DNA of 12,379 nt from Candidatus Bilamarchaeaceae archaeon (GTDB taxonomy: Archaea > Micrarchaeota > Micrarchaeia > Anstonellales > Bilamarchaeaceae). Below are positions 8,657-12,379 of this stretch, piece by piece. The first letter of the stretch is position 1, and the number at the start of each line of letters is the position of its first letter. Location of the stretch: contig JAWCKZ010000017.1 in NCBI GenBank assembly GCA_038851325.1, positions 1-12,379 on the forward strand. The letters run 5' to 3'. The translations under genes and the position numbers were made by a program. The notes under the pieces are model-generated. The model saw only the letters and a list, made by a program, of their open reading frames with translations, searched no databases and was not told where the DNA came from.

Positions 8657-8701
8657 ACACGAGGTTCGGGTTTTTAGGAGTGCACGAACCGAGTGGGCCA
8701 C
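8657..8701 (+). other. 16S intron 12 (family A, 45 nt, about 1226; first of a tandem pair)
   Basis: Helix GGCT/GGCC, bulges AC|A and AC|A, inner stem CAC-GA-GGTTCG/CGAACC-GA-GTG. Confidence 0.88.
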
Positions 8702-8743
8702 ACGCATGACAGCGCCGATGTATGGCGATGGAATGCGGGCCAC
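8702..8743 (+). other. 16S intron 13 (family B, 42 nt, about 1226; second of a tandem pair)
   Basis: Follows intron 12 directly; helix GGC(C/T)/GGCC, bulges AC|A and AC|A. Removing both restores GGGCTACACGCGG. Confidence 0.88.
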
Positions 8744-8837
8744 ACGCGGCATACAATGGGTGGAACAATGGGTTGCGACTCCGAGAGGAGAAGCTAATCC
8801 CCTAAATCCACTCTCAGTTCGGATTGAGGGTTGCAAC

Positions 8838-8881
8838 ACAAGGTTCAACCAGGTTTTTAGGAAGGGTTGAGCTTGGGCAAA
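8838..8881 (+). other. 16S intron 14 (family A, 44 nt, about 1320)
   Basis: Helix TGCA/GGCA (3 of 4 pairs), bulges AC|A and AA|T. Restores GTTGCAACTCACCC. Confidence 0.85.
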
Positions 8882-8938
8882 TCACCCTCATGAAGCTGGA
8901 ATGGCTAGTAATCGCAGGTCATCATCCTGCGGTGAATG

Positions 8939-8970
<32 letters not shown>

Positions 8971-9044
8971 GTCATCCAAATGTGTTTTCGGTGAGGCCCC
9001 GGTTATTGCCGGATTCGAACCGAAGATACGTGAGGAGGGCTAAG

Positions 9045-9088
9045 AGCTTTGAGCTGGTGCTCAAAATTTGCCAGCCAAGGGCTAGCAA
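9045..9088 (+). other. 16S intron 15 (family C, 44 nt, about 1494; decoding site)
   Basis: Helix GCTA/TAGC, bulges AG|A and AA|T. Restores AAGTCGTAACAAGG. Confidence 0.92.
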
Positions 9089-9108
9089 TCGTAACAAGGT
9101 ATCCGTAG

Positions 9109-9150
9109 ACGCATGACAGCGCCGATTTATGGCGATGAAATGCGACGGAA
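9109..9150 (+). other. 16S intron 16 (family B, 42 nt, about 1514; helix 45)
   Basis: Helix CCGT/ACGG, bulges AG|A and AA|G. Restores CCGTAGGGGAACCTGCGG. Confidence 0.92.
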
Positions 9151-9205
9151 GGGAACCTGCGGATAGATCACCTCCAAATTTTATTTGAGCGTGCGAGGAA
9201 GCACA

Positions 9206-9234
9206 TCGGATACACTCTCTAAATGAAGCGTGAG
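9206..9234 (+). other. 3' strand of the pre-16S processing stem
   Basis: TCGGATAC-ACT-CTCT-AAA-TGAAGCGTGAG, complementary to 6926-6953. Confidence 0.85.
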
Positions 9235-9254
9235 ACCCAAGTCTTCTTCTATTT

Positions 9255-9830
9255 TTAACGTGATGGAGTGGATACCCTGCACGCTTGCAGAATAGCATCC
9301 CTTAACTCGTCGAATGTAAAATACCCAGAGCCTGTATTGAGATGTGCTGCGCCCTTTATTATAATCAATTCTGATGCTAGGAGGTCGCGCAGCTCTTCGG
9401 TTTTTTTCATAGGGATATAGGGGTCATTGTCGCTTGCAAACACCACGAACCTCTTGCAGTTCTGCCTTATCTTTTTCCAGTTGAATGTTCGCATTGAGAT
9501 ATCTCTTATGTATCCATCGAATTCGTCTCCTATTGACCCGACGAAGCCAGCAACAAGGAACGCTGCCTTCACAGGATGGTCTAGCCGTTCAAGAATGTTA
9601 AGAATGAATGGAACACCAAGGCTGTGGCCAACGAAAATCGTGTTCTTATCTATATACTTTCGGTATTTTTCAAACTCCTTCAACCATTTTGCAAGGTTTG
9701 GAAAATCAGAACCAGGGAATGCAGGCACAAATACTTTATAGCCCCTCTTCTCCAGCTCTTTTTTAAGCCAGGGAAACCAGTTTGATTCCGGATTGGCGCC
9801 CCACCCGTGAATAATGAAAACAGTTGACAT
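9255..9830 (-). CDS. RBBP9/YdeN-family alpha/beta serine hydrolase
   Basis: IHGWG, NWFPWL, nucleophile elbow GHSLG, SDNDPY (Asp) and GAAHLN (His). Confidence 0.92.
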   Translation of the reverse strand: MSTVFIIHGWGANPESNWFPWLKKELEKRGYKVFVPAFPGSDFPNLAKWLKEFEKYRKYIDKNTIFVGHSLGVPFILNILERLDHPVKAAFLVAGFVGSIGDEFDGYIRDISMRTFNWKKIRQNCKRFVVFASDNDPYIPMKKTEELRDLLASELIIIKGAAHLNTGSGYFTFDELRDAILQACRVSTPSR

Positions 9831-9910
9831 GATGTGCCTCTTGGAGCGATTCTTTAAAAATATTATTCGCGATGACGCTCTACTAATACTTGTTCGTTGA
9901 AGGTGAGTGA

Positions 9911-10903
9911 ATGAAAAGCATTGTAGTTGGGGGGCAGTACGGAGACGAAGGAAAGGGAAAGATTATTTCGTATCTTGCGCTACATGACAATCCTGAAATA
10001 ATAGCGCGTGGAGGCGTTGGGCCAAACGCCGGCCACGAGGTGAATTTCAAAGGAAAACGCTACCCAATGAGAATGCTTTCCTGTGGCTTTGTGAACGAGA
10101 GTGCAAGACTGCTTATCGGTGCTGGCGTTGTAGTAAACCCAGAAGTGTTCTTAAAAGAGGTAGAACTCATTGGCGGTGGCCCTAATAGATGCGGGGTTGA
10201 TTTCAGAGCAACATGGCTAACAAAAGAGCATATAGACCGAGATAGGGTGGAAACAGAGGGCAAGATTGGAAGTACGAATACTGGTTGTGGTCCTGCGGTC
10301 ATGGACAGAGCGCGTCGAATAGCAAAGACGGTTGCTGAATGTCCTGAACTTAAACCGTACTTAACAGACGTAGCAAGAGAAGTAAAAAGAGCAAAAAATG
10401 TTCTTGTTGAAGGAACCCAGGGCTTTATGCTCTCTGTTCTCTATGGCACTTATCCGTTTTGTACATCAAAGGACGTGAGCGCCTCAAGTATAGCAGCAGA
10501 TGTTGGTCTCGGGCCAAAGGATATCGATGAAGTTATAATGGTAATAAAATCCTACACCACGCGAGTTGGTGGCGGTCCTTTCAAAAATGAACTTTCGCGA
10601 GAAGAAGCTGAAAGGCTTGGAATTCAAGAATACGGAACAGTAACAGGAAGACCAAGAAGAACATCCTTAGAACTTCATTGGGATGACCTAAAGTTTGCTG
10701 CAGAAGTTAACAGCGCAACACAGATCGCGCTCACAAAGCTTGATGTAAGATTCCCTGGAAATGCTGGGGTAAAAAAATACAGCGACTTAACAAAAGAAGC
10801 AAAGGAGTTTATAAATACCATAGAGAAAAAAATCGGAGTTCCAGTAACTTTGATAGGGACGGGAAAAGATGCCGAGGAAATAATAGATAGAAGAAAGAGT
10901 TAA
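9911..10903 (+). CDS. purA: Adenylosuccinate synthetase (short archaeal type)
   Basis: GGQYGDEGKGK, GPNAGH, EGTQG, TTRVGGGPF, EYGTVTGRPRR and TKLD; SD AGGTGA at 9901-9906. Confidence 0.97.
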   Translation: MKSIVVGGQYGDEGKGKIISYLALHDNPEIIARGGVGPNAGHEVNFKGKRYPMRMLSCGFVNESARLLIGAGVVVNPEVFLKEVELIGGGPNRCGVDFRATWLTKEHIDRDRVETEGKIGSTNTGCGPAVMDRARRIAKTVAECPELKPYLTDVAREVKRAKNVLVEGTQGFMLSVLYGTYPFCTSKDVSASSIAADVGLGPKDIDEVIMVIKSYTTRVGGGPFKNELSREEAERLGIQEYGTVTGRPRRTSLELHWDDLKFAAEVNSATQIALTKLDVRFPGNAGVKKYSDLTKEAKEFINTIEKKIGVPVTLIGTGKDAEEIIDRRKS

Positions 10904-12379
10904 TTATTCAACCGTAACGGATTTTGCGAGATTTCGCGGTTTGTCTGGGTCATTGCCACGTATTACGCTAGTGTGATAGGCAAGCAATTGGAGCGGAATT
11001 GTAAGCACGAACGGATACAGTAAGGAGTCAGTAAGCTTTGGTATGCTTATCACATAATCGCTCTCTGCTGCGATCTCTCTATTGTTTGTGAAACTTATAA
11101 TAAGTGCACCGCGTGCCTTTGCCTCCTTTAGATTCCCAAGCATTTTTCCTGCTGTTTCGTCTTCAGGTGCAAGCACGATCACTGGAACGCCAGGCTCAAG
11201 TAGACTTAGCGTTCCGTGCTTGAGTTCTCCACCCGGATACGCTTCGGAATGAATGTATGATATCTCCTTAAACTTGAGCGAGCCCTCATACGCGATGGGC
11301 ACATTAAGCCCACGAGCTATGAAAAAGATATCGTGCTTATCCTTAAGCACGTAACCTAGTTTTTTTACCTCTGGGTCTGTCTCAAGTGCATGTTTTATTA
11401 TCTCTGGCAAAGTCCGCAATCTGTCTTTGCCAACAGTAAGCATATAGGCAACCGCAAGTTGTGCTGTGAATGTTTTTGTCGCAGCAACGCCTATCTCCGG
11501 ACCTGCGTTGAGATAGACAACAGTATTAGCCTCCCTAGTGATGGAAGAACCAACAACGTTCGTTATTGCAAGGACCCGTGCTCCATTTTTCTTCGTATAC
11601 TTAACAGCTTGAAGAACATCGGCCGTCTCTCCACTTTGTGTTATCGCTACAACCAACGTGTCTTGATCTGGTTTAGCAATAAAAGAGTAATCACTCGCTA
11701 TAAATGTACGCGCTCTTTTTCCAATTGACTCGAGAAGAAGCGCAAGTAACAACCCTGCATGATAAGACGTACCACACGCAATAATGTCTATGTTTTTGTA
11801 TCGCTCGATTAATTTTCGTGCCTGAGAGATATCAGTCGCAAGCGTTTCATAGATAAAGTGCTTCTGATCATTTATCTCTTTTAACATAAAGTGCGGATAG
11901 CCTCCCTTCTCAGCCATCGCAAGATTCCAGTCGACCTTTATTTGTTTTCTTTGAACTTTGTTGCCCGATAACACATCAAACAACTCGTAACCGTGCCGGG
12001 TTATGAAACCAAAATCGCCATCTTCAAGCGGGACAAACGTCTTTGTATGCTTCAACAACGCAGGGATATCAGAAGCGCAGAACATCTCTCCACTGCCTAT
12101 ACCAAGAATGAGAGGGCTTCCATTTCTTGCGATGTAGAGCCGGTCTCTATCTTGCGCGATTATTATCGCCAGCGCGTATGAGCCACGAATTGTTGCGATA
12201 GCCTTTCTTACTGCATCAAATGGTTTATTCTTTTTCAATTTTTCTTCTATGAGATGCGCAATTACCTCAGAATCTGTTTCTGACTTAAATGTATGTCCAA
12301 GCTCAACAAGCTCCTCCTTTAGTTCTCTATAATTCTCTATGACGCCATTATGAACAAGCACGACATTGCCCGTGCAATC
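10904..12379 (-). CDS. glmS: Glutamine-fructose-6-phosphate aminotransferase (5' end outside the window)
   Basis: VHNGVIENY, SETDSEVIAHL, CGTSYHAG, TQSGETAD, ELKHG and C-terminal PRNLAKSVTVE; the frame is open to the window edge. Confidence 0.97.
   Translation of the reverse strand, partial: DCTGNVVLVHNGVIENYRELKEELVELGHTFKSETDSEVIAHLIEEKLKKNKPFDAVRKAIATIRGSYALAIIIAQDRDRLYIARNGSPLILGIGSGEMFCASDIPALLKHTKTFVPLEDGDFGFITRHGYELFDVLSGNKVQRKQIKVDWNLAMAEKGGYPHFMLKEINDQKHFIYETLATDISQARKLIERYKNIDIIACGTSYHAGLLLALLLESIGKRARTFIASDYSFIAKPDQDTLVVAITQSGETADVLQAVKYTKKNGARVLAITNVVGSSITREANTVVYLNAGPEIGVAATKTFTAQLAVAYMLTVGKDRLRTLPEIIKHALETDPEVKKLGYVLKDKHDIFFIARGLNVPIAYEGSLKFKEISYIHSEAYPGGELKHGTLSLLEPGVPVIVLAPEDETAGKMLGNLKEAKARGALIISFTNNREIAAESDYVISIPKLTDSLLYPFVLTIPLQLLAYHTSVIRGNDPDKPRNLAKSVTVE

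Overview
Archaeal genomic window, probably DPANN (Micrarchaeota-like; inferred from 16S motifs and gene style). From left to right: the trailer end of a CRISPR array (3 repeats); a minus-strand run of SelB-like protein, SRP RNA, ubiX, ubiD and desulfoferrodoxin; nnrD; three hypothetical genes; a stand-alone 16S rRNA gene; a YdeN/RBBP9 hydrolase; purA; and a 5'-truncated glmS. The main result is that the 16S gene (about 7002-9175, 2174 nt) carries 16 tiny ORF-less insertions of 35-47 nt (683 nt in total). Each folds with its flanks into a strict or relaxed bulge-helix-bulge (BHB) splice motif, and removing them at the BHB cut sites restores a 16S of about 1491 nt with intact conserved motifs. 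The introns fall into three recurring families, two are stacked at one site, and a member of one family also interrupts the helix-8 GGAA tetraloop of the SRP RNA gene. This looks like a spreading system of BHB micro-introns in several essential non-coding RNAs. All folds and E. coli-equivalent positions were worked out by eye; no computation or database search was run.
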